A DNA stretch of 63,626 nt, counting the filler, from Trichomonas gallinae (Eukaryota), in NCBI GenBank assembly GCA_008369845.1. It is 6 parts of 6 records of this genome, joined end to end, with 100 filler letters (N's around TTAATTAATTAA, not from the genome) between each part and the next. Parts side by side here need not be neighbours in the genome. Positions count along the whole stretch, not along the records: positions 1 to 29,673 come from MRSU01000920.1; positions 29,774 to 39,246 come from MRSU01000929.1; 4 more parts are not named here. One strand, given 5' to 3'. Shown piece after piece: positions 19,950 through 30,873 of this stretch; position 1 is the first letter of the stretch, and each line of letters starts with the position of its first letter. The position numbers were made by a program, and so were the translations under genes. The notes below the pieces were generated by a model, which worked only from the letters and a program-made list of their open reading frames with translations, was not told the DNA's origin and made no database searches.

Positions 19950-22418
19950 ATGGAAGGTTTCGATTGGGGAGTGTCATCAGATTATATTGGTGATATTGTT
20001 GAAGGAATCAATGGTGGTAAGGCAGTTAAGGATATTGCTCCACTTTTGACAAAGCTTTATGAACAATTCAAATCAGCCGATGAAACAAGCAAAGGTTACA
20101 TATCACTTCTCTTCCAGAATTCGATTCTACAGTTCTTAGATAAAGAAAATTTGTCGCCAACATTAATCGAAAAGATTTTAATTTTTATCAAAGACATATT
20201 CGAGTCTAAAATGCACTTATTTTTCGAAAAATTCACTTTAGTTACAATACTAATCCCATTATTGACACGTGCTCGTGAACAGAAATTCGAATTATGCGAA
20301 GAAATTGGAAATCTTGCTTTAGAAGTTGCTTTGCTCTCTCTTCCTGATAAACTACAGCCAAATGAAGCTGCTTTTGTGATATCCGAGGCAATCAACTACG
20401 CAACTAAAAGCACATTGATTCATGGAGTAAATGCGCTTAAATTAATTCATCAATGCGTGAGAATTCTTGGCCCAGATGTTCGCCTCGTCTTACCTGGTAT
20501 ATCTGTCTCAATGACAGCTGTTATTCAAACGAAAGGAACTCGACATAAAGAATTATGCGAAGCTATGTCAATACTAAGCGATTCCTGGGCTACTGTCAAG
20601 TTCACTGACCAAGATGCTCCAAAAATTGGAGACTTAATTAAAAGAATTTGTTCTGTCGAAATATCTCACTGGAAAGCAAGAATTTCGCGCGTTGAACTCT
20701 CAAATGTTATAATTACATATCAAAGGGAGATAATGAAGCAGTATTTATCACCTTGCGTCAGAACATTATTCGCAGCAGTTTGCGATGAAGCGGAACAAGT
20801 CAGAGAAAAAGTCGCTCCAATCATTGAATCGATAAGTGGCGACATTATTATAAGCGGAGAGTTCGAGCAATGCGTCATAGATCTAACGAGAGCGGCCAAA
20901 CTCGCTGATGACACAAAGCGTCTACAATTATTGCAAACAGTTGCTGGTATTATACAAATCAACGCTGGCAAGAACAACGGCTTCGATGAGCAGCTATTGA
21001 CTTCTCTTTCTTCATTAGCTACTGCTCTTATTTTTGTTTCAGAGATCGAGCAGATGGACAAGAAGTTCTGCGAGATTGACGGAGGATTCTTAGTACATAG
21101 GAGGCCTTATTTGTCCACTCCCATCCTGATGAAAACATTCGAAAGCATTGTTACTTCTCTTCCAGCTGACTCATTCGTTGAAGTTCTCATTGATACGCTT
21201 GGACAATCTCACTCATATGCCCCAGAGATTTTTTCGATGTTCGGCCTCCTTAAAGGAAAAGCAGACGAAAGATTAATCATGGACGTTTTAGAAGAACCTC
21301 AGTGGTGGAATCCAAAAGAAGGCGATGCGAAAGCAGTAACAGCACTAGAAATGGCTTTGGAAGTCACATCAGAGTATTGTGACACTGAAATCATGCAGAA
21401 TATGTTAGCGAGAATCATAGAATGCATGGCGTCACCTTACCCTTCCGTGGAACAAACAGCACACGCTACATTAAACAAAATCGCTAAAGACGGAGATGTT
21501 GCTGCACTTTTGATGCACAACGCAGACTATTTGACAGACAGACTCATGGCTAGATTGCAGTTCATTGATGTTCATCCTGAAATATTGACAGTTTTCTCAG
21601 CAATTTTGACAGTTGACGGAGATGTTTCGAATTTGTTGAGTCACATCATCCCGAGAATATTTGAAATTCTTGATACGAAAGAAGGCCTCCAGATGCCTAT
21701 CTTAAGGATGCTTTCGCGTGCTGCCGAGAAGCTGCCATCATGCTGTGACGACATTGTTGATCGCTGCATACACTTCATCTTAGCGCCATCTTTGTCACAG
21801 CAATGTGCGGCCTTAGATGCGATTTGCGCTGCTTTGCCAAGGATCTCTGACGAAGAGAAACTTCTGCCAATGGTACATCAGATGTGGGCACCAAGTATTT
21901 TGATATTAAACTCAAGTGTCGACAGTCCTACACCAGCAGCAGCTTCAGCTGTCAATATTGTTAGGACAGCTTTGCAAGTTGCGAGAAGCTTCGTCAAGCA
22001 AAGAGTTGGTGAGCAGTTGCCGCTTTATTCAGCAATATTAAGAGCTTCTCTTGATAAGCTCGAAGGAAACAAGTTCAATGAGAGTTCATTGGCAATGGCG
22101 AAGAACATTTTGAACTTGTTCATCGCTTGTTATGATGGAGAATCAATATTCATCGGAAAAGAACTTGAAGTTTTCACATTATTACTTGAATGCCTGCCTA
22201 ACAAGGTTAATGAGATCATCAGAGCTTTAGCAACAAATGTTCTCTGGATGCTGTTTGACTCAGACGCACCTTTCGTTTGGACCCTGATGCTCGAAGCGTC
22301 ATCAAAATTCCCAGAAGGTGTAAAACAGACAAATTACTTCCCGAAGTTGTCAAAGGATGTTGTGAACTATATTGGACGCTTATTGTATCCACCGGAAACT
22401 CCCGAAGTATCTCAATAA
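19950..22418 (+). CDS. TTI1: TELO2-interacting protein 1 (TTT complex) homolog, HEAT repeat
   Basis: LPGISVSM, HWKAR, LLMHNADYL and LLPMVHQMW segments, in the order recalled for TTI1. Confidence 0.7.
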   Translation: MEGFDWGVSSDYIGDIVEGINGGKAVKDIAPLLTKLYEQFKSADETSKGYISLLFQNSILQFLDKENLSPTLIEKILIFIKDIFESKMHLFFEKFTLVTILIPLLTRAREQKFELCEEIGNLALEVALLSLPDKLQPNEAAFVISEAINYATKSTLIHGVNALKLIHQCVRILGPDVRLVLPGISVSMTAVIQTKGTRHKELCEAMSILSDSWATVKFTDQDAPKIGDLIKRICSVEISHWKARISRVELSNVIITYQREIMKQYLSPCVRTLFAAVCDEAEQVREKVAPIIESISGDIIISGEFEQCVIDLTRAAKLADDTKRLQLLQTVAGIIQINAGKNNGFDEQLLTSLSSLATALIFVSEIEQMDKKFCEIDGGFLVHRRPYLSTPILMKTFESIVTSLPADSFVEVLIDTLGQSHSYAPEIFSMFGLLKGKADERLIMDVLEEPQWWNPKEGDAKAVTALEMALEVTSEYCDTEIMQNMLARIIECMASPYPSVEQTAHATLNKIAKDGDVAALLMHNADYLTDRLMARLQFIDVHPEILTVFSAILTVDGDVSNLLSHIIPRIFEILDTKEGLQMPILRMLSRAAEKLPSCCDDIVDRCIHFILAPSLSQQCAALDAICAALPRISDEEKLLPMVHQMWAPSILILNSSVDSPTPAAASAVNIVRTALQVARSFVKQRVGEQLPLYSAILRASLDKLEGNKFNESSLAMAKNILNLFIACYDGESIFIGKELEVFTLLLECLPNKVNEIIRALATNVLWMLFDSDAPFVWTLMLEASSKFPEGVKQTNYFPKLSKDVVNYIGRLLYPPETPEVSQ

Positions 22419-22612
22419 AGTGTTATTTTGTATTTTATTTCACTTCATTTTGTTTCATTTGGCTTCACTAATGAAGTCACTTATTACTTTATCTATAAAT
22501 ATGTTCTTGTTTCTTTCGTTGAAATTCCAGAATGTTTTTAGCGTCAAAAAGCGCAGAGACAGCTTTATATGTTGTTTCCTATGAATATTAAACATATATT
22601 AAATGACTCCTA

Positions 22613-22697
22613 TAGGATGAGTAGCTTGGCTGCAATAGATATCAACTCGTTTAAGGAGATACTTTAGGGCAGCCAAAAGATATATACCCTAAGATGA
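22613..22697 (+). ncRNA. Candidate structured small RNA (class uncertain)
   Basis: Perfect 8-bp stem TTGGCTGC(22626-33)/GCAGCCAA(22669-76) enclosing an internal loop and upper stem; flanked by AGGATGA and AAGATGA box-C-like words. Confidence 0.3.
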
Positions 22698-23105
22698 TAA
22701 TAATTCGACACGTAAAATATTTAACATAAATTTACATGACAAAAATCAATATTTTGGCATGTAAAATATCATATTTTAATTTACAAAACAAATTAATTTA
22801 CATGACAAAAACTAAAATTCTTTTGCAAGTCGTAATACCAGCGAAAAATATGGGATGAATTCATTTTCTATGATATTCTCTAGCATAATCATATAGGGAT
22901 AGTCTAGAAGTACATTATATGTTATATAATTAGTTGCGATGATGATTGTATGACAAGATAAAGCCAAAAAAATCTGGAACTGGTGGGAAAAAAATACCAA
23001 GAAAAAAAATTATAATCGGATTGATTTAAGAGTTTTGCAGCATCAAACAATCAACGAAGTCATCAAAAAAATTTTGCTAAATTTTTATAAAAATTTTAAA
23101 AATAA

Positions 23106-26100
23106 ATGCATCGCCCATTTCCGCCAGTAGTTGACAATGAATGGGTGGCAACAATAGAGGTGTTGAAATCAGATAGGCCTGCTGTGGCTTTGAAGGCAAT
23201 TGCCAATAAAATTCAATTTACTGATCCACAGATTGCCCTTCGATTGCCTTTTGACGATATTTGTCAACGACTTGATGATATTCTAACGCAATCAACTACA
23301 TACGAACTCATAGAATTAACCACAGAATGTTTATATAAAATTGCAGACGCTTTAGACAACGCTTTCGAGCTTTACTCTAAGACACAAATATTACAGATGA
23401 TGTGCCAATTAATGATGAAGAAAACAAATCAGAAAATAATCGAAAATTGCCTCAGAACTTTTATAACAATCTCGAAAATGGCCTCAGAAGGGCTTTGTAA
23501 AACAATTGGAATCGATCCAATTGTCAAAGTAATCAGTATGTGTAGCTTGATTGAGCAAAAAGACGCTTTTGTCGCTTTAAGTTCGATGACTGAAAAACAT
23601 GTAACGAGCCAAATGGCAGAGCATCTACCAATTATCGCGCAGTTCTTCACAGAGCACGATTTGAGGCTGGTTACGCACGCAATTAAAACCTTTAATAATA
23701 TTGCAATGAAAGTTGACCCACCTACAGTTCAAAATAAGGTAATTTCGCAAGTTGCAGTAAGCTTACTCGTTGTAACAGATATAAATTCAGTTTTAACGTT
23801 ATTAACAGATTTATGCAGATTTATGGAAAGTACAAGCTTAGTTCAGGCTCTTATCACCAGCCCTATAAGTTTCGAGGTGATTATTCTTCAAACACAGACA
23901 AATTCGCGCGAAATGGATTTATATTCGAAATTAGTCGCTTTAATTCATGCTGTACTGAGAAGCGCAGTGAAAATGAAAGCAAATAGACAATATGAAGGTA
24001 TTAATAACTTCATTTATAAAGCATATCCTGTTATTGTCGATGTTTTAACAAATCATCGCGGAGCAGCGAAAATGTCATTAGAATCAGTCAAATTCATCAT
24101 GAAATTGAATCCAGAGACAGATATATCTCAACTATACGAAAGTTTTACGGGTTATGCAATAGATAATGGTTTAGTTAAAAATATTTTAGATATTGCAATG
24201 AATGTAGCAAATCAAGACACACTAGCGAAATCACCAATACCGAGTATATTAATTGGCGCCAGAAAACGTTTAACAAATGAATCAGAAACTGTAAAGAAAA
24301 TTGATAATTTCCTCAATTCACTAGATAGCAACGGAATACATCTTCTAAAAGAGATTAAATCGATAGAATCGTTCGACAAACTCCACGAATTGCTGATAGA
24401 TCAAAACATGCCTTTATATAATTTTGTGAATATCGGAGGAATTGAAGCAGCAACGAAATTCCTCACAGAATATAAGGGCCCAATCAATGTTAAGGAGGAA
24501 GAAATCCTTGCTAAGCTCGTTCAAGCAGCTCATAGTATTTTAGTTGGTTTTCCTGTTCCACACGAACAAGATTTGTTTGGATCAGAAAGAAATCAAGAGT
24601 TTGAGAAGAAATCTATTACTGTTGATATAGAAATGCCAAGAGAAATGGGAATTGAAAAATTCAGATGTGAAATTACAATTGATTTTGCAGCAATTGAAGC
24701 ATATTATAACCAGAGGAAGCTTAACTTCAGGTTCGACATCATGAGAGCCGCTTTTGACAGAGATCAAACAATTAAAAACCATTTGAATCTTTTAGACGAA
24801 ACAATTCAGTATTCTAAGTTATCTGTTCTCAATAGGGTAGCGAATACACCTGGTTACAAGCGTTGTTCTTTCAAAATTGGCAATCAAATATTTTCAACTC
24901 GCGATAATCTCTTCCAATCTATTTGTAAAGTCATTAAAGATCCAGATTCTATTAAAGAAAAGTGCCCGAAGATCCAAATAATTGAAAAAGACTCTCCTTC
25001 TTCTCCATTTGATTTATATTCAAGCAAAAAGATTCCTCCGCCGCTAGTTCCAAGTCTTTCTTTGCTTAAAATCATCCATCAGCTCAGTCCAGACATGAAT
25101 TTAGTCTGTCAAGCATTTTCAGATCATATTTCATTAAATCTCGCCAGTATTGCTAATATTGTTGGTGGATTTAGTGTTTCTGCAAGTTTGATATATCATT
25201 TCCCATATATTTTTGATCTGAAACACAGAATTCTCTTCTTCAAAGAATTAGCTTTCGATCTTCCGACGAGTTTCTACTCCATGTACATAGAATTCATCAA
25301 GCCAGACTCAAGGCGCAGCGACAAGTTCATCAAATACTACTGCAGCGTGAAGCGCGAAAATATTGCACAAGAAGGCGCAAATATCCTGAAAGCATTCGGT
25401 CCTTCAATGGGAGTCCTCGAAGTAAAGTTCAAGGGAGAGCATGGTATGGGCTACGGGCCCACACAAGAGTTCTTCACGCTGTTTTCTCACGAAATGTGCA
25501 GAGTATCGAGAAGATTATGGCGAAACACAGGAAATTCAGGCGAATTCGCATTCTCTGAGACAGGCCTATATCCAGCGCCTACAGCAAACCCAGAAGATCT
25601 CCGCGTTTTAGGCATTTTGTGCGCGAAAGCTCTTCAAACGCAATTTATTGTCGATCTTCCGTTTTCTCCCCACTTTATTCGCACACTGCGCGGCGAGACA
25701 ATATCAGTGAAGGACATAGACCCAACATTAGCCACTTCTCTGTCGATGCCCGATGGTTTGATCGGATTAGATTTCACATATCCGGGTATATCAGACCTGC
25801 CTTTAATTGTCAACGGCCAGGACGTCGAAATCACAGAAAGCAACGTCAATAATTATGTTGAGAGGATTGTTTCCTATACATGTGGAGAGTGGATGATAAA
25901 CCTCTGCAAGAATTTCGTGAATGGCTTTAATGAAGTTATGCCATGGGAGCCAACGCTTTTATTTACTCCAGATGAGCTGATCCAGATGTGGAGCGGCAGC
26001 TTACAAAAGATTACTTACGAGGACCTGGTGAATAACGTAGATGTTGGAACAGGACATAAGAAAGACTCGCCTGTCATCAATAATTTCTTCCAGGTCATAG

Positions 26101-26369
26101 ATGAGATGTCTGAGAGTGACCAGAAGCTTCTCATTAAGTTTATCACTGGAACAGAGAAGCTTCCTATTGGAGGCCTGGCTTCTCTTCAGCCTAAGCTTAC
26201 TATTGCCGAGAGAATTGCAGACAGAGGCGCAAGCATTGACGAGTGCCTCCCTTCAGTTATGACTTGCTTTAATTACTTCAAGCTGCCGATGTATTCGTCT
26301 AAGGAGGTTTTGAGGGAAAGACTGATGACAGCTATTACAGACGGACAAGGATCTTTCGATTTAACATGA
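23106..26369 (+). CDS. HECT E3 ubiquitin ligase, TRIP12/Ufd4/UPL3-like
   Basis: N-terminal ARM-like region; LEVKFKGEHGMGYGPTQEFF; FITGTEKLPIGG; catalytic LPSVMTCFNYFKLP; ends SFDLT. Confidence 0.93.
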   Translation: MHRPFPPVVDNEWVATIEVLKSDRPAVALKAIANKIQFTDPQIALRLPFDDICQRLDDILTQSTTYELIELTTECLYKIADALDNAFELYSKTQILQMMCQLMMKKTNQKIIENCLRTFITISKMASEGLCKTIGIDPIVKVISMCSLIEQKDAFVALSSMTEKHVTSQMAEHLPIIAQFFTEHDLRLVTHAIKTFNNIAMKVDPPTVQNKVISQVAVSLLVVTDINSVLTLLTDLCRFMESTSLVQALITSPISFEVIILQTQTNSREMDLYSKLVALIHAVLRSAVKMKANRQYEGINNFIYKAYPVIVDVLTNHRGAAKMSLESVKFIMKLNPETDISQLYESFTGYAIDNGLVKNILDIAMNVANQDTLAKSPIPSILIGARKRLTNESETVKKIDNFLNSLDSNGIHLLKEIKSIESFDKLHELLIDQNMPLYNFVNIGGIEAATKFLTEYKGPINVKEEEILAKLVQAAHSILVGFPVPHEQDLFGSERNQEFEKKSITVDIEMPREMGIEKFRCEITIDFAAIEAYYNQRKLNFRFDIMRAAFDRDQTIKNHLNLLDETIQYSKLSVLNRVANTPGYKRCSFKIGNQIFSTRDNLFQSICKVIKDPDSIKEKCPKIQIIEKDSPSSPFDLYSSKKIPPPLVPSLSLLKIIHQLSPDMNLVCQAFSDHISLNLASIANIVGGFSVSASLIYHFPYIFDLKHRILFFKELAFDLPTSFYSMYIEFIKPDSRRSDKFIKYYCSVKRENIAQEGANILKAFGPSMGVLEVKFKGEHGMGYGPTQEFFTLFSHEMCRVSRRLWRNTGNSGEFAFSETGLYPAPTANPEDLRVLGILCAKALQTQFIVDLPFSPHFIRTLRGETISVKDIDPTLATSLSMPDGLIGLDFTYPGISDLPLIVNGQDVEITESNVNNYVERIVSYTCGEWMINLCKNFVNGFNEVMPWEPTLLFTPDELIQMWSGSLQKITYEDLVNNVDVGTGHKKDSPVINNFFQVIDEMSESDQKLLIKFITGTEKLPIGGLASLQPKLTIAERIADRGASIDECLPSVMTCFNYFKLPMYSSKEVLRERLMTAITDGQGSFDLT

Positions 26370-26778
26370 TTTATTTTTAATATTATATTATAAATGTTTA
26401 GTATTAACATATTTAAGATCTTCTTTATTTCAATCCTGATCCAATTCTAATCATGTGTTTTTCAATAGACTAACACATAACTTTTCATCAAAAAATTTAG
26501 TTCATGTCGAAAAACTCAGGTTTTTAGTAGTAGTATATTGATAAAATTAAACAATTAGAATGTTATTATATATTTCATGAAGAGTTATTGTGCTTCTTCG
26601 TTAATAGTTTCTGAAAATAATCATCAAGTAAAAACTTTCATGAACAAAGAAATCATCGTGAAATAAACTATATGGATTTTTAAAAAATGTCATGTAAATA
26701 TTATTTTGACGTGTAAAATATTTTTGTCATGTAAATATAAATTAAATGGTTTTGTTGGAAAAGTGTCAGATTTGAAAA

Positions 26779-27006
26779 ATGGGTCTATCCAATAGCAAAG
26801 CCGAAGAGAGAGAAATTCTGGACAATTTAGTTCCACGCGTATTTAGGAACTGCATTACAGATCTCTCCACTGAGCATTTGACGGATTCAGAAAAGGCCAA
26901 GATCGATAGATACGTTTGGACTTTCGCGCAGACGTATTTAAGAACGAAAGAAAGAGTAGCAGAGCAGTTCTTGTTATCAGAATATTCTGACTACCTCTAT
27001 GGTTAA
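26779..27006 (+). CDS. Small Tim (Tim9/10-like) hydrogenosomal intermembrane-space chaperone, single Cys
   Basis: NLVPRVFRNCITDLSTEHLTDSEKAKIDRY aligns by eye with Tim9 [30 protein letters not shown]; only the second Cys is retained. Confidence 0.75.
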   Translation: MGLSNSKAEEREILDNLVPRVFRNCITDLSTEHLTDSEKAKIDRYVWTFAQTYLRTKERVAEQFLLSEYSDYLYG

Positions 27007-27531
27007 TTGTTTTCACTAACAAAAAATTAAGCAAATAATAACATAGCTATATATAATACAAAACATTTGCGCAATCATATATATATAATAATTTAATGCA
27101 AATAAATAAGTTAAAATCCAAATTAAATCATTTTCCAGATTTGATGTCTTATTTCAAGATATAATTTGATACCTTTGAAATCAGACTTCAATACAACAAA
27201 AGCATTAAATAAAATTTATTATATTGTTTTAAATTTTAATTTCGAATTTCAATCTTAAACACGCTAGAATCTAAATGAAAAAAGATAACACTCAAACAAA
27301 TTCTAACCATCACAAGTTCTATCCAAAAGATTAAAAAAAAAAATCAATATTCAATTAATATTTTATAGAATTCTTTATTTTGTTGATGTATTATCAGAGT
27401 ATGTCTGAAGTGCTTTTGAGAAAATATATAGTCTTGGCTTGGTTGTTTGTATTTTTCGTGAATAATGTTTACAAAAACTGGTGTCTCCCCCTAAATAAAT
27501 TACTAACGTCTTTGATAATTTTTTTTTACAA

Positions 27532-28545
27532 ATGTTTTCGAAGGGTAGATTATATTTGAGCAACCGCGAGAACGAATTGGAAATCAACAGACTGAAATTC
27601 GAGATCGAAGATGCAATAAGTAGGCGCGATTATGCAACTGCCGCTAGCTTACAGAAGGATTTAGATTTTAGAGTAGAAAGAAGAAGGCAAATATTAGCAG
27701 GACAAAAGCACGACAACACAGTAAACGATCTTATGGCACTTAAAGCACAACAAAAACAGGAAGAAAACGAACTTAAAGAAAGTATGAGATCAAAAGCAAG
27801 AAAGATTCTCGAGGAAGCAAGAACCAGACTCGATGACATAGAAAAAGAGCATGAAAAACAATACGCGAAATTAGACAAGAAATTCAGCGATCAATCATTC
27901 TGTGAACTAAGAAGGAATCCAGATCTTACAATAGCAAGAAAGGCAGAGACCTACTACGCGCAGGATGGCAAGTATTTGGTAGCAGCATCTCTCAGAGATC
28001 AAATTTCAGACAAAATTAATAATACAATAGAAAATAACGAGCGAACCGCAAACCAAATCGTTAACAGTCAGGTTGAACACACGCTTTTTAAGCAAGAACG
28101 CCAGAAGGAATCATTCAAAGTTCATCTGGAGAACGAAAAGAATAGATTAGTTAGAGAAACCATTTTAGAATTGAATAGGATCGAAAATAAGTTTGCAAAA
28201 CTTCGTTCACACGTTCTTGGTAACAGTAAGATTGATTATCAATATAACAGACAGCGAAAAATCGAAGAAGAAATTAATAACGTTCGTGCTATGCTCGACG
28301 CTGAGTTTGATATGTTTAGAAATAATATTACACTCATTAGCATTGACCCACACCCTCCGTTATCCGCAAGAGCGCCTCAATCGGCAAGATTTAGTTTGTT
28401 GTACACTCCAAGAACGCCAAGGATTGATTCTGAAGAATTTCAAGCAGTGGGAATCAGGAATCCAAGAGTTGTCAAGGCTCTTGAGAAGTCATTGCTCAAG
28501 AGAGAATATGCAGTCATTAATTCAACTGCTCCAATCTCAAACTAA
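27532..28545 (+). CDS. Coiled-coil hypothetical protein with UVR-like helical hairpins
   Basis: 337-aa ORF; AISRRDYATAASLQKDL and YAQDGKYLVAASLRDQI motifs; heptad pattern. Confidence 0.75.
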   Translation: MFSKGRLYLSNRENELEINRLKFEIEDAISRRDYATAASLQKDLDFRVERRRQILAGQKHDNTVNDLMALKAQQKQEENELKESMRSKARKILEEARTRLDDIEKEHEKQYAKLDKKFSDQSFCELRRNPDLTIARKAETYYAQDGKYLVAASLRDQISDKINNTIENNERTANQIVNSQVEHTLFKQERQKESFKVHLENEKNRLVRETILELNRIENKFAKLRSHVLGNSKIDYQYNRQRKIEEEINNVRAMLDAEFDMFRNNITLISIDPHPPLSARAPQSARFSLLYTPRTPRIDSEEFQAVGIRNPRVVKALEKSLLKREYAVINSTAPISN

Positions 28546-28854
28546 TTCAAAACCTCCATTGTTTAATCCAATAAATTGTTTTTTATTATCAAATATGAAA
28601 TTAATTTTTATATTAAATTAATATTGAAATTAGAAAGAAAAGGAATATAAATTCAAAATTTGCAATGTCATGCTATATGACTAAATTGCTTAAGAGAAAA
28701 TATTAAGAATTTTTATTTTCAATTATGCTGAACAATTAACAGTCCAATTGTAATAAATGGTAATGATAAAATGAAAATTAGATTTCCGAAGAAATTTTAT
28801 TAAAGAATAAGAAAAATAATTCTCTGTGTGTTAGTAAAGTTTAAAAATATTTGT

Positions 28855-28915
28855 TGGGGTCAGGCGCACGTTGTCATCTTGCATTCAGAGAGCTATGAGC
28901 AACTCATCTTCCCCA
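28855..28915 (-). ncRNA. Box C/D snoRNA (61 nt, dual guide)
   Basis: Minus strand: TGGGG-AAGATGA(C)-GTTGCTCATAGCTCT-CTGA(D')-ATGC-AAGATGA(C')-CAACGTGCGC-CTGA(D)-CCCCA; all four boxes in order plus a terminal stem. Confidence 0.8.
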
Positions 28916-29320
28916 GTCTTAATACATACTATTTCTCTAAAAAAAAATGATGAACCAAATATATCGTCTTTCTATCGTCCATAGTTATGCCCTCTATATT
29001 TGACACGTAAAATGTCAAAATATAAGTGTCGGATTTCCAAAAGGTGACATTAGGAAAGGTTAATTGTAAAGTGTAAAAATGTCAAAATATTTGTAAATTA
29101 ATAATGACAAAATTCATTGTAAATCAAAAATGACAAATTCTTTTGTAAATCAAACATTTTATATTAAAAATAATCGTCTTTATTTTTCATTTTTATTCTC
29201 TATTTAATATTTATATAGTGCTGTAAATCTAAATATATATTTTTTGGGAAGTTTTACTGAAGATTTCGGGTGTCAATTTAATATAACCTTATAAGTTTTA
29301 TCGGCCAAACTTAAACAAAG

Positions 29321-29673
29321 ATGGGTTTTGATTTGTTAAAGGCTGCCAGGCCAGTTCTCGAACTCATGCCTAACGTTCCACGCCCAATCAGGAAGGTTCC
29401 AATTCGCAAGCGGTTGTTCTACACATTCGCTTCTTTGGCCTTATATTTGGTCTGCACATTAGTTCCACTTTACGGCGTCCAAAAGGCTGCCGGTGATGAT
29501 CCAATGCAGCACCTTCGTATCCTTACAGCTTCTTCTAGATATTCCCTCATGGAATACGGTATTTCCCCAATTGTTACTTCTGGTATGATCCTCCAGTTCC
29601 TCGTTTCCTTCGGTCTCATCAACAAGAACCCAGCTGACCCAGAGTCATCTGCTCTTTTCGATGCTGCCCAGAA
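29321..29673 (+). CDS. SEC61A: Sec61 alpha subunit, N-terminal part (truncated by assembly gap)
   Basis: LYLVCTLVPLYG, ASSRYSLMEYGISPIVTSGMILQ, LFDAAQ are canonical Sec61alpha/SecY motifs. Confidence 0.93.
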
Positions 29674-29773
29674 NNNNNNNNNNNNNNNNNNNNNNNNNNN
29701 NNNNNNNNNNNNNNNNNTTAATTAATTAANNNNNNNNNNNNNNNNNNNNNNNNNNNNNNNNNNNNNNNNNNNN
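29674..29773. other. Artificial contig spacer (N44-TTAATTAATTAA-N44)
   Basis: 100-nt N run with a six-frame stop linker; identical spacers elsewhere in the window. Confidence 0.97.
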
Positions 29774-29825
29774 GAGAATTGGCTCGGTCATTTCTTCTCT
29801 GCGTTCCACTTTTCATGTCCGACAT
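29774..29825 (-). CDS. 5' end of a gene running into the gap (MSDMKSGTQRRNDRANS...)
   Basis: ATG at 29825 with TTCACTT Inr ~10 nt upstream; open to the gap. Confidence 0.35.
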
Positions 29826-30186
29826 CCCAAAAAGTGAAGTTCCCCCCCTTTTATTATATATAGACATATATAAGAGTTCTAATTATATTTTTCTACTTAT
29901 GATTAATATTATAAGTCAAAATATATTATCAATAAATTAAATTTCATATTTGAGCAAAATTCCAGTTATATTTTCTTAATTTATGACTAAGGAATTCTAT
30001 ATATCATGCTATTTTTTAGGATATTAATTGATTTTAATATATGATAAAAAAAATATTTAGATTTATAACGAAATATATAGCATTTTAGTTTTGGTATAAC
30101 TTCTATTATAATCATTTTGTTTATCAATTTGCTATAAATTAAATCAAATATTAAACAGATAAAATACATTGTATAATAAATAAAAA

Positions 30187-30873
30187 TTAGTGGCGATACA
30201 AGTAGTCCTTGATAGCATTCTGTGTCGCAGGCTTAAGTTTCTCAAAATCGATTGTATCATTTGGAATATTTGGTGGTTCGATGTTTTCTGCGATTTTGAG
30301 TAATTGAAAGATATCTTGTCTAAATTCTACGTCAGCTAATGCTGTATTGAGCTTTTCAACTAAAGGAGTAACGTCGCGAGGATTCATTGGTTCGAGATGT
30401 GAGTCATTCTTCTTTAAGTAGTTGTTAATATTTGATGACCTACGAGAAGATATTGGCATTGTTTTAATGATTTCAGTAATTTCGTTCGATTTTTTAATAA
30501 CTTTCGCCATCCACGTTTCGTTCTTGAGGAGCATGTATTTGTGCTCCTTTTTGAACTTCCATAGCAGGAAGTGAGCTAAATATACAAGTTCTGGAACAGT
30601 TCCTGGATTTCCAGAATTATGGTAATCAATAGCGTTTTGGTACATCAAACAGACATCATTATACCAATGTGTCGGTCCAGAGTACTTCTTTGTCACTATA
30701 TTGTTGTGAATTATGTCCAAAGACATTGGTTTCGAAACAATTTTCGAATAATTCGTGAGAAAATCGTCATTCAACATTGAAGAATCCTTGAAAAGAAGAT
30801 GCATAGGATCATCTTCAAGCTTTGTTGTCATATCTAATAATTTCTGCTGATCTTGATCCAGCTTCTCACTCAT
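30187..30873 (-). CDS. Bromodomain protein
   Basis: YSKIVSKPMSLDII...KY...WYNDVCLMYQNAIDYHN bromodomain signature; ET-like C-terminus (IDFEKLKPAT). Confidence 0.85.
   Translation of the reverse strand: MSEKLDQDQQKLLDMTTKLEDDPMHLLFKDSSMLNDDFLTNYSKIVSKPMSLDIIHNNIVTKKYSGPTHWYNDVCLMYQNAIDYHNSGNPGTVPELVYLAHFLLWKFKKEHKYMLLKNETWMAKVIKKSNEITEIIKTMPISSRRSSNINNYLKKNDSHLEPMNPRDVTPLVEKLNTALADVEFRQDIFQLLKIAENIEPPNIPNDTIDFEKLKPATQNAIKDYLYRH

Noticed and set aside
22664..22692. TTAGGG/CCCTAA as a telomerase RNA template or interstitial telomere
   Set aside because: Only one repeat unit each; a template needs about 1.5 units
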